DNA of 64,000 nucleotides from Balanoglossus misakiensis (taxonomy: Eukaryota; Animalia; Hemichordata): assembly GCA_040954595.2 (NCBI GenBank), contig CM082584.2, forward strand, positions 6,514,110-6,578,109, read 5' to 3'. The position numbers were made by a program, and so were the translations under genes. Every line of letters starts with the position of its first letter. Positions within the stretch are counted from its first letter, which is position 1. The notes below the pieces were generated by a model. The model saw only the letters and a program-made list of their open reading frames with translations. It searched no databases and was not told where the DNA came from. This document shows positions 1-13,000 of this stretch, piece after piece.

Positions 1-788
1 CAAAAATTTGGCAACTGCTCACAGCGGGCAATTCGGCGAACGACATGATGAAATTGCGGAACATTTTCAATTTGCAATCGTGAAAGTCACATTTTACTAA
101 CAAGAAAACTCCCCCACTTTCTCTCGCAGAAGTTGAAATGGCTCATTAGAGACGGCACAATGGTCAAACTCGCTCTTAGTCGGAGCGAGCGTCTAAAGTT
201 TCATTTCGCTGTCGCGTCTTGAAAGAGAGTTTGTGTCAAGAAGAGTTTCTCATTTCAGAAACGGAATGTACCATTATTTCCGGTTGATCAGAAATTCACA
301 GGAGCGCACATCTTTCGACAATTTTGGAAATGTCAGTTAGATTTCAGCCAAGCCCGACTGAATTTGTATGTCCTGGCGCCGTTGCCTAATGATGCTGTAC
401 AGCAGTTTGAATACCTTGTCAAGGGATATGATGTTGGTACTGAGTGATTTTTGCAGTATTAAAAAAATCCATGATATCCCCAGAAAACAACCGAGCAAGT
501 AAATGATTGGTCGTCTGTATAACTTATCAGCCAATCAGTGCCCATTGTTCGGTATCTTCGCATAGCAACCACCAATCACTGATGGTACAGACTAAGTGAC
601 TCTTCCATCTCTGAAAAAAACCCTCATGATATCCCCATATCCCCAGGAAACAGTAACCAATGGTTACTGTTTTCTGCAGGAAAGCAAGTTACTGATTGGT
701 CATCTATCATCCAATCAGTGCCCATTGCCATTGCACCAATCACTGATCCTAAGTATACCGATATATATGCAAATTTTTCTAGTTTCAG

Positions 789-1060
789 ACGACAATAACA
801 CCTCAGAAACAAACACAGAAGATTACCATATTAATGAGGATTCGGCGTTGGCCATGGAAGAGGAAACAGCCACTCTGGATGACGGTCCCTCCTCCCCACA
901 GTGGATAAAATACTGGAAGATGGAGCGAGACCGGTTCAAAGTCTCACTGATGTGGAAGTCAGTGAGTTTCCGTTGCGGGGCGCACGGAAATCCAGCACCC
1001 AGAATTGAATGGTTTAAAGATGGGATTCGCGTCAATGAAACAAGACGGACTGGTCAAAAG
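789..1060 (+). CDS. FGFR: FGFR exon: acidic linker (acid-box-like) + N-terminal half of IgII
   Basis: tttcag| acceptor, AAG|gtgggt donor; [32 protein letters not shown]...PQWIKYWKM...[21 protein letters not shown]...TGQK. Confidence 0.9.
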
Positions 1061-4000
1061 GTGGGTATTCCAAAGTTCATAATCCATCTTTTGTTGATTT
1101 ATAGAATCAAGTCAACTGGCTAAGTTTTTAATACTGTTAAACGGGAAATTTTCGCGAACGATAAATTTTCGTGAACTTCGCGAGAGCCAGTTGGCTCTGT
1201 TGATATTGCGAACATTTCCCGTTTTACAGTACATACACAGTCATATAACATCAGTTAAAGTCATCAGAACAACGACTTTTCTGAACTTCACAATGCATGA
1301 GCGAGGGACTTCAAGTTAATGGCTGGTTGGAAAATTTGTCTAGCTGGCTTGGGCAGTAAATGAATCGGAGAGAATGTTTTCTTGGAATGGAAATTTCATA
1401 ATTATGTTATTTTCACTGAAATTTCACGACTGACTAGCACTTCATTCTCCACAAACTGCGCTAAAACTTTGCCATCTTTGTGAATGAATGCATCAGTGGA
1501 GAAATCTCCACCAAGCATAGAGCCTCAGGTTTTTTTTTTCGACCAACATTACGATGACTTACACACTTTCCACATAAACATGTTTCCAAAAGTCATCACA
1601 TGGCTGCTTGGAGAAATTTAACACGTTTTGTCCCCCCGTTTTGAATCCATTCAGCCAAAATATAATCATTCTTGTGGTGTAGAGTTTTGCGTTTAATCAT
1701 CGTGCAGTATTGGAAATGCGTGCATTTTCCATTACACAGTGTCTAAAATCAATCTACTGCTAGCACCGTGAGATATAGGTTTCTGTTCAGCAGTGAAATA
1801 GCAATCAGTGTTCACATCTAAGAATTAATACTCGGGTAATACTCAGTAGATTCATGATTCCTCAAGCCAGTTTTAAAAATGTAGCCTTCTGAGATGATGA
1901 AGCTCTCTTGTTGTAGGGCCCGTTCTTCAACTTAATGCATCATCTTTTTCCCCCCATATGTGAATTTAAATAAAACGTAAAAAACAGTATGATCATAAAT
2001 CATTGGTTCAATATACTACATATCACTCCAAGCAGATACAAAGCACTTTCATAGCTTAATTTGAATGTTCATGTACTTTTGACATAAGTCATATTTTCCA
2101 ATTATAGATTGTTCTTAAGTTTTTAAATTTACTCTGAAACTCCATTACGGTGTAAGCAAGATTTTTTTCATTATAATCAAATCTCAGCAGACTTTGCTTT
2201 GGTACATCAGTCAGCTGTCTTAATCTTTCATCAGCCCCATGGACGACTATGATGACAATTAAATTCACCTACACAGGTCATGAAATCGTATAAAGAGATG
2301 TACTATTCTCATCTTATCAAAATTTCAGTGATAAGTTCATTTGACGGACGCGTAGGTGACAGGTCCTTCCGATTCAGATGGAAAACCGTACAGATCATGT
2401 AACGATTAGAAAATCATTTGTCAGGGAGTGCGGTCACTCTTCTTGATTCATGCCGATATTTTCCATCTCTCGTACGCGTCTCAAAAAAGTTTGAAATCCC
2501 CCTGGAACTGTATCAACATCCTTCTTCCTTTATATTGTGCAAATTACCCAAAAGATTGATTACACTGTCAGTTGCGTTTTGCTGAAAACAACTTTTACCT
2601 GGTAGATAACAGCCTTGATATGATCTGTACCAGTGTAATTTTTATGCCCTCTTGAGCATATATGTTATTTTTGTCAGGATAAGATGCTGGCTAAGTTAGA
2701 TTGAAATAAAAGTATTCTGATGTTCTGACAACCTTTTTGTAAGTCGATACATGTAAAGCCTATGAGAGGATTTCCCAGGTTGCCGCATTGCCTTGAAATC
2801 AAGAAAAGATCAACAGCTCATTTGCTATTGTGATAAGACCCCAGTGATAATTGTACAACCCGCTAATAGCAGTCTATGAACACCACATCAACCTGGAGAC
2901 AGTGATTCTTTATAATATTTATAATGAAATGCATGGAAATATGTTACTTGTACAGTACTTTTTTATGTGGCAATTTTTCGCCACAGAAAATAAAATTCAT
3001 ATTTCTGCTTTTGTGAACAGACTGAGATATTAAAAAGTTTGAAGAAGTTTCTGATCGGTTTTTCTCAGTAAAATATTAACCAGATAACAGTTTAATACAT
3101 ACCGGTACATACAATACATGTACTCAATAGCTGATCTTGTTGCTGATGGAAAATGCATGTATAAAGTGTGGTGGTTTGGAATATGTCATCTTCAATGTAT
3201 AACCATTAAGGTACATATTTTATTTATGTGTTGGGAAGCAAGGGGTCCTCGGGTTTTTAATGGTACATTAGGAACATTTGTAGTCAGAGCCTTGACTTCA
3301 TCAAAGTGCAAATGCTCCGATACCTGGTGTTCTCCTTCTTAAGATTCTCAAGACGATGACATTCAGATCTGTAAGACTTTCACATACTGTGTCTGACTGT
3401 GCACGACTTTCTGAACGTCATCTTTAGATCTAATGCATGTACATATATATCAAAAGGTCACTGACAGGGTCCCGGCAAACAGTGGATGTCAAACTGGATA
3501 ACGTAAATGCCTGCAAGTGATGCTGATATTAATCCCAGCTGCCGTGATTCGTTCAGATCTCAGAGTGTCGGTGGCATCGTATTATGGCCATCTGAGATTT
3601 TGCATTTGACCAGGCAGTCTGGGTCCTGCCAATTGCACTAGAGTGAGGATGCCTTTTATTGTGTCAAATAAAAACTGTCTGAAATGTTCGATCAACCAAC
3701 GTAACCGTCAGTTGACACTGTTATATTCCTTGTGTATAATTTGTCATTGATTATTACGACGTGTGTGTATTTCATGAGGTTATGGCAGATGACCTATGGA
3801 GACCTAACAGAGAGTATACGCACACAGCTGTCATGAACGAGAAAATTGCTGGCTTTGGAAATAACATTAGAATATTTGAAAGTCAGGAAAATTTTGCTTT
3901 ATAGAATAATTGTAACATCCATCATATCTGCCAGCTACAGCAAAACTTTTTCTGGAAAACCTGCCCGGAATTTAAAAGTTCATCTTCAGAGAACTCAGCA

Positions 4001-7000
4001 GTAGAGTTTTTTCATATTGACTCTAAAAACAGGGAACGCGTGCATACATGTACAGAGTCAGCTGCTATGTGTCATGACACCATTAGACCATATAATTATC
4101 GGTCGTTCTACAAATGTCTGCAGTTCAGAACTATCATTCGGGAGAGAGTGCTCAGCCTCAGCTGAGTGGAATTGATTTCGTTGGAAACTAGACTTGTCAG
4201 TTTTCGACGCAAGGTGAAGTTGATCCCATTTCGCAAGCCGGCTGCCTTTTCCGTGAGAGTACACATTCTTGCCCCTCTTAATATTTCATGACACATTTCT
4301 GACAAATGCAGGACAGCCTTGGATCCGACATGCCCTGAAGACTCAAAAGTCCCTCGGGGATCTCCTCTCGACCCTTTTAACTCATTTCATCGCATCAGGT
4401 GTGTTTGAAAAATTATTTCATCAGTGTGGCACGTCAGCGGTTATAATACAAGCGGCCATGAGCTCTCTGCGAAGGGATCAGAAGTGTAATGGAAGATGAC
4501 AGGTTCAGATCCACTAGGCATTTTGGAATTTGTCCTCTTTTGTCTATAGCCCAGTTTTAATATGGTAGCAGCTAGCATCCATTCAGATGTAAATTTCACC
4601 CCTTCTGGAGCAGTTTGGTCATTCAACAGCCAACTATTAACTGTTTTTTTCTAAATAGTACAATGTATGCAAATTGCAAGCAAGTGGTAGGTAGAGTATT
4701 TGTAAGGCTTCTTTGATGTCTGTTCAGGAAGGATTCAGCCATGATATTGGTGTACAACACACAACACACTGTTGATCATTTCAGAGAATTAATTTTTTTA
4801 TATAAAATTTATTGTTTTTCATATGGCATGGCTGTTTCTATTAAAAAAAATTAAATATCAGGAAATGACTACCCATGTACAACGTATGTTCATCCACATA
4901 TTGGCTCAGAGTGCCAAAAACCCACAATTACAAATTTAGCAATATGCATAGGAATAGAGCACATACCACCATATGCTGGATGTAATTTTCAAATTGCTTG
5001 AACTTTAGCATCCTGTGTACTGATACTAAGGCTTTGTTTCAATAATTAAAAAAAACGACATTAAACACCGTCATACAAGCAATACAGAGAAATATACAGT
5101 GTTAATAATACCATGAAAAGAATACAAGTAGATACAGCTTTCATACCATCAGATAATTCTTTAAAGCACCATTCAGCAAGAAAAATATTCACTCCACGCC
5201 AAAAGCTGATATGTAACCGAGCTAAAATATAGTATTATACTTTATTAGCCAAAGGTGTGGCCTCACACTATAATAAATTATCCCTCACACTTTACCGGTA
5301 TATATTCCATATTTTTAATCTATTCTATTTAGATCGCCGATTGAACACCTGTGTAATACAGATTTGCTATAAAACAAGACATTATTCCAAGCAATAAAAA
5401 TGAAATGGCCATTTGCCATGCCAAGTGTGTATAATTAATGGGCCTTGTTGATAAGCTAAAATGAAATGTCGTCACAATTTATCGGTCGAAGGATGTTGAT
5501 ATTTGAAACATTGTTGATTTACGATTGGCATGCCCCATAAATTCTATTTCTTCAAGAAATATAAATAATGATTTTATTGTGCATTTGTAGTATTGAATTT
5601 TATGTTTGTGTGAAGAATATTTACTCCTTGTATTAGTTATCTTTCTCCATTAACCAAAGTCATATACTCTAAATACTCTAAAAGTTAATAAAAAAATTAA
5701 ATTATTATGAAATGAGACTGCATATGACTGCATGCAGTCTGTCAGTCTAGTCTACCTATATGGTGGAGATTACTTATATGTTGTTCAACAGAGCACAAAC
5801 CCCATTCCATTCTCAGCAAGTTTTGTGCGGGGACTATGTCATTGACAATGACTTGATGCCAATGGTTTAGTATAAACCACCACTGTGCAAATCCATTATT
5901 CTGGGTAATTTATAAGCAATGACGTGCAATACCGGCTTAATGCTGGGAAAATTGTATGTAAAGTAACTATGAGTAGACTTGAGTTGGAATGATTCTAATT
6001 CAGAGCTTGAGTACACTAGTGTTAGTGCAGGTGTTCATTAAGTCCAAGTTCATGTGCAGTGGTGTGGCTTTCACAGGTTTAACCATGTACATGTACAAGG
6101 ATTTGTTTCCGGCGGTCATTCTGATTATTTGGCGTCGCTTTCAAAGTAATACACATGATTTTAAGACAAAATCGATTTTGTCATACAGAATCACTTTTTG
6201 CTGTGATCAGTATTCAGGATGTGGTTTTAAACACACAGAAAGTGATTCTTTTCACATAATATCGCAGTCTTTATCATTGCTAAACAGTAAATTCTCACAT
6301 TACAAATGGTCAAAGAGCTCATTCTTTGACTTTGCTTTATACATCATACGAAACTTGTAAATTGTGACAAATTGTTTCACAGGTCTTGCATGGCAACTGC
6401 GCAGTACTTCTCAAGCACGTATCAAACTTCAGTCACAGTAACTAGGTCAACTTTTTTCCCTCTGAGATAGCTAACATTTTTTTAAGATCTCTGATGTAGA
6501 TGAATGTTTGCCGAGTTAAATGACTCATCATTCATTTATGATGCATATTTTGTCAGCAGGAGATAACACGATTAATAATGTATGATGGCTGTAATGACCA
6601 TATTTGATTAAAAAAAGACTAGTATCTATATAGCTTTGCTGAGTTGAGTTGTGTAAATTTTGCCTTACCGCAGTCCCTGAGTGTGTAATTGTTGAGCTAT
6701 AAAGCTATCTTTACATATAATTCTCTACTATGCTTTTTTCCTTATACCTGAGTTAAACACTCATTAAGCATCATTGCTTGCCTGTCAACTTTTGCAAAAA
6801 CCAAATAAAGTTGGGATCAATTGTAAATAGGGAGGAGATCGATTTTGGAAGGTGTGAGGGTAAAACTTTCAAAAGTAAAAGCAGAGACATCAGGGAGTGA
6901 CAGCGAAGAACACAGGTCTTTGTTATGGGTGAAGGTTATCATCAAAATTGGGGAGGGTTTAATTCGTCGAGTTCAGATATTCAAGAAAGTGGGGTTAATT

Positions 7001-10000
7001 AAATGCCCATTAGAGTAGCAGAATGATGATACCATGAATAGGAATCAATCAAAGAATGAATTAAAGGTAAAAAGAGTTCGATTGTATGTAATTGGAAAAT
7101 TAGCCAATCAAGGTGGCTGGAGTAATTACCATGATGGTAATAATAGCCAATCAGGGCAGCAGAGGTAGTTAGCATAATTGTAAGGGCCAATCAAAAGAGT
7201 TATTACTATGGTAGCAGCCAATCACAGTGGGGGTTCTCCGGCACTACCAGAGCCAACTACCATGCATGTTCAAGAATTAAAAAAATAAGGAAATATCTCA
7301 TCCAGGGATAAAGATACTTACATTTACCGGTACACACCATAACAGAATTACTTTATAATCAAAATCAGGCCGATATAATGTTTACTCCATGAACAGTGGA
7401 ATTTATTAAGAATGATCAATTTTTCCAATAGCCAATCAGAAATTGGGGAGTCTGGATTTGAACTGTAGGATGTTCCGCCAAGAACACTGGGAACCAACTG
7501 TAAAAGCAATTCTCCCGCAAAAAAAACCTCCACAAATTGTTTAGCGAGACTATGATTAAAACGAATGCTTGATTTCTGTGTTCATTCATCCTGGAAAAGT
7601 GGGGCATTTCACACGGAAACAATTATGATGTGCCCCGAAGGAAAGACAAGGATTTGTCTTTATTGCGGTGGCTTGTTCAGGAAAAATGAAAGCTCGCGTT
7701 TAATTAAAGACTTGAGGGCTTCGTTTAATGCTCGTTTGGGGGCATGTATATTGATTAATGCACTAGCAAAAATCAAATAAAACAGCATACTTGGTACATG
7801 GGAAATCTATGTCGCTCCTTAAAGGGACAGAGTCATTACCTTGTGATGTGGTTTTTGGCTTTCTGTTTCTTGGGGTGGTGTTGATAATGACAGGCAACTG
7901 TGACCTACATGTAGTAACGTTTTCCTTGTTTCAAGAAATCATTTAAGCTACTTCTCGCAGTTCTACATGAAGTCGTGTCATATTTTGTACGTTCTTTTTG
8001 AAGTCGGTGACGTCCATTTACCTGTGAGAAAGTAGGTTTTCATTCAAATAATCTGAACTGTCAATTGTGAGAATTCTACTGTTACGGTGCAGAGAGATGT
8101 TCAGTGCGAAAATCTCTGAATTTCTGCTCATAGAAACATTTGATAATTTTTCGTTCAACATATTGAGCTGGTCCATCGCCAGTGACTCGTACCGGTGCAA
8201 TACGTTTGCATGGGAATTGTTCCAAGTTATCCTAACATCACGATTTGTTTTTCTGATATTCCTGTTTAAGAATATTAATTAAGCGGATCTCGTTCACATT
8301 TGTATTAGTGCAGCCTATATGTGGGTATTAAATGAAAGATTGTACAATTTTTATGCAACACTGCTTCTGGGCATCATTACTGATTGAACAGATACACGTA
8401 AACTTAGACACACCAGTAGTTACATGGTTTTCAAAATTAAAAGCATCCTTGCATTAATTACATGTATATGTAATATCTTTTCAAAAAGTCAATGACCAGA
8501 ATTTTTCTTCAATTTTGTGTCATCAGTAATGTTTTTACCCAGCTCCCACGGAATTTTCAAATTTCCATATTTTAAAAAAGATCCAATCGATGCTTTTCCC
8601 AATTATTACTTGCCATATGGTGTTTTGAAATCCCTGAATCTAGTTCGCAGTACAAATCATATTTTTTAATTCCTCCTGACAGTTTTAATTCCTGCCAACA
8701 GTAGTTGTGGTGCAGACATTGGAAATTTTACATCATAAATCATGAACATTGTATATTTTTCCCCGTTCTTGCACCCAACTGGACATAAAAATAAATCTGT
8801 AGTCGTGATGCGATCACCGAATAACGATGGATACGTACCAAACATAGAAATCACAGTTATGGTGATGAATAGCCAAAGTAAGGAAGTTTTATGTGATAAA
8901 CTTTTAACCCGAATCAGTTGGATACTGGAAGCATGATTGAGCTAAATTCGTTCTTGTTGAAGACATTTAGAGATAGTGAGATTCATTCTAGTGATGAATT
9001 CGTCACTTTGAGTAATTTCCTACAGATTATAGGAAATTGTTAATTTTTCACCTCAGAAAAATGTTATCAGTGATTCGTGATTGTTGGTCGTCTATAAAAT
9101 ACCAAGTGTTGTATTCCCCTGACAGTTCTATGACGTCTGCCCATTCCTTCAACAGCAAACTTTGATCACCAAGACTCGAACAGTGCACTTTTTGAGGCAA
9201 TTAGCAGATGTTATGTGCATGCATGCTCTAGTCATGGTGCCCATTCTAAATCCAGAGAGATTTTACTTTGTGAAGCGCTTTATTTTCAGTCAATAGGTGT
9301 ACTGTTGACAAGGTCAGGAGAAATATTAGATTTCTGATTGTATCCTAGAGCTGAAAAAGGAGGTTCATATCATATGATATCTCTGTCAGTGACAATAAAC
9401 TTGAGGCAGAGCGGATGTTTTTTTTTCTTATATATCATCTGCATATCTCAAGGTAGTGCAAGCCAGTTTCAAAAAACCACATGCACTCACGTAGCATGGA
9501 GTTTCATCATCTCAAGGTTGGAAGTTAAAGATTTGATTTCAGATGTAGATAGAATGTACTGTGACTTAGATACATTTCACCGATTCCCATTGTACAGGTA
9601 ATTTGAGTAACAGAAAAGGAGAAGTTGTCTTTGTGTGTGTTTCAATGCACGGTTATATGTCAGGGTCAAACCGGCTTGCTAGATTGTTCCAGCTGTCAAA
9701 GTCTAAATATCTCCTGATATTCAAGTTGAAAGCGTTAGTAACCATTGATAAATTATAAACCAAACAATCTCAAACAAGGCCACAAAGTGAAAATTAAGCA
9801 TTGATTAATTTCATTTGGAACATTGACATCTCAAGTTGACATGATCTCAAATAAGGCCACAATTAAAATATGAATAAAATACCAACTAGATTTCAATGCA
9901 ATTGTCAGTGGAATTTAGCGAACTGTATCAATAGCACATTCTATGTGAAGACTAAAGAAGAAAAAAAAACACTTTTCTTTGAATCTAAAATGCAGTAATG

Positions 10001-13000
10001 AAGTACTCATCAAGCTGGATGTGTGCAAATTGTAAATTGTTACTGGCATAGGACAATATATACAACCATTGTAGTCTTTACTGTACTAGCAGTCATGCAA
10101 TTCATATACTGTAAAACGGTTTATTTTCTCAACAGGAAAATTCCGCGATATCAAAAGAGGCAACTGTTACGCGAGGATTATCTCCAAAAAAACATTTTTA
10201 TGCGAATTTGTATTTTCACCTTTTTTTGGCTCTTGCGTATTTCAAGGAAATTTATCGCTCGCGAAAATAACCTGTTTTACAGTATCTGTTCACGATATGT
10301 TGTGATAGCGATAGCAAGCTACTTTCAGGAAAAAAGATGCCGAGTGTCATGTAGATTCTAAGGTAGCTGTGTGATGTCAGTATTTGATTTGACATCTGAA
10401 TGTACAGACCATTGAAGTGATACAATACGTCACAGCAGGTTTGCTCTATCAGCTTTATTGTGCTTCTCCAAGAACACGATATTTGCGTCAAATCGATCTG
10501 ACATAAATAGGAGCGCGCTTTCGTCTTTCGGAGATTTGACTTTCGACATTCAGAGATTAAAGTTATCGGCATCTAGTAATGGATGCATGTGTGAGATGCT
10601 TTGCTTGACACAAAAACTTTCATACGCTTGGGTATTGAGATTTTTGTACGCCGTTACATGTAAAATTGCCCCAAGACACCGCTAATACAATACGTACTCG
10701 AGTGTGTGGGCTAGTAGCTTATCTTGTATTGATAGCGAGTTTACAATGGAGAGGTTTCTGGGTTAGAATTGAAAACAGGATTATACAGGATTGGATAATT
10801 TGTACAGTATCGCTATATTGAGTGCTTTGAAGCCAGCGGCAAAGACTGTATATATCAGCATTGCCTTTTATTCCATTGTATCTTTGTGGTGATTCCGTAG
10901 GGTTGGATGTTTGGGATAGATTTCCATGTTAGGGATAGCAGTATCTGGGTTTCCTGGTTACACCAACAGATTGATGTGATACTTCTAGAGAAGTCTCAAG
11001 CTCGGTTGCTAGAGACTATAGCTGATTTGTGATGAAAGGTTTATTGAATGTTAAGAGAGTGTTCTTCTCAATTGAAGCAGAGAAAAATAATTGCTGCACT
11101 TATGAAGTAAAGCTGTTTTTGAAAACTTTTCTGTGCGCAATATTCGTATACCGTATATATACCCACCATTGAATGTTAGAATTTCGATTCTTGATGCAAT
11201 GAATGTGCACAAGTTCCGAAAGTTTCACAGTGTCGTGACTTAATTTTGCTCTCTTGTTTTGAACTCTTGCAGCCCCGATTTAAAGGATACACTCTTGTGT
11301 TGCGGGACGTCGTCAAGTCAGACAGTGGACACTACATGTGTGTCGTCAGCAACAGATACGGAAGGATGAATTTCACATTTCAACTCGTGGTTGACTCACA
11401 AAGTAAGGCTATATATATAGTTGTAACTGTATGAAGTATAAGAACTGCCATAGAATCACACTGACTTTGAGGTGACACTCGGGGGGTGACAGCTGTGTGC
11501 TGTTGCCCTGATGACCTACAATGTAAATCATCGTGTATCTTGTAGTCATACATGTATAAGTACATGCATTTGTGATATTTCTCTGATTAGATCAAAAAAA
11601 TAAGAAGGACCTGGAGAAATACTTGAGATTTCATTTCAGTTTTAAATATCAAGATTGTGTTTACGAAGGAAAAACAGTCAAGAATGGTGACTTTTATTAT
11701 GCTGAATTTCTTGTTTCCAGCCCAATATCCGCCGTATATAAATTGGAATTCGATGAAGAACGAAACACTGTACGTCGGAGAAGATGTCAGGCTGTCTTGT
11801 CAAATTTTGGAACTGGGCCTTAGCCATCACATGCAGTGGTTCAGACAGGTCAACAACTCGCTTGTGAATGGGATGACTCCAGAAGAAGTACTGAAGGTAT
11901 TACAATAAACCATTTTACAAACTCTGCGAGACCCTGCAGGGTTTTGTATGGAGATCTCGAGACAGTTAAAGGGACAAAGTCTCTCTCTCGCTGACGTTTT
12001 TCCATTACCGTAGTTGCCCGGGTAAGAGCCCCGGGTGCTGGGCCAACAGATTAGCGAAAAAACAGGGGGGGGCTTTAGCCCGGATATGGCCTCGAGATTT
12101 ATGCAAATGAGGGATGGCCACCTCGACTTTTATGCACATTTTTGAGTGGTTCATTCTCCGAGTCCAAGTCGGGATCTTGGGTGTTTCGCGTCGAGGACGG
12201 ACTGAAGCAGCTCCACGCGGCCGCTTTGGAAAGCTCCCCGGTTACCTCACACGCGGCAGCGCGTCCATCTACGTGATCGTTGAATTCGAGGCACGGTCCC
12301 GAGGGACCTGTCTGAGGTCATGTTTTCTAGAGCGGCTATATATAACTCAGCGTGGCCAGTCGGCCGCGGTGGGTACGATAATCAGCGCGAAAGTAAATCA
12401 TCATACATTTTTTTTTTCACTTTTAGTGACTTTGGGGATGAAAATCCGCCTTTTTTGCATTGCACTTTATTAAATTTCCAAGAATTTAATGGATATTCGG
12501 CCGGGGGGGGGGGGGGGGCTTTAGACCGGATGTGGCCTCGATCTACAAATGGGCCCTAAAACCAGGGGGGGGCGTTTGTCCGAGCAGGGGTTCTTACCCG
12601 GACAACTACGGTAATTATGTTTGATACAAGACAATGTTTATGTTATTCTACATGTGTATATATAGTGAATCAACGTTCGACCACACACAATTCCCATCCC
12701 ACTTGTAGACACGAGAGTGAAAAATTTGCCAAAATGAATAATCGGTGTTTACCATTTATTCATTTTGGCGAGATTTTTATTCTCATGTCCTACAAATGGG
12801 ATAAAAGTTGTGTGTGGTCGAACGTTGATTCTCTATATATCCACAATGTAGAATATAAACGGTGTCTTGTATCAAAAAATAATTAATGGAAAAAGGGCAG
12901 CGAGAGAGAGACTCTGTCCCTTTAAAGGGAGGATATTCATGTGACATGACAAGACAAACAACATGTGGCGCATCGTTTTAAACAGCACAAAAGTTACTAT

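Noticed and set aside
12114-12886. ORFs of 79-119 aa within the nested elements
   Set aside because: No transposase motifs; they lie in non-autonomous, palindromic or GC-rich MITE sequence.
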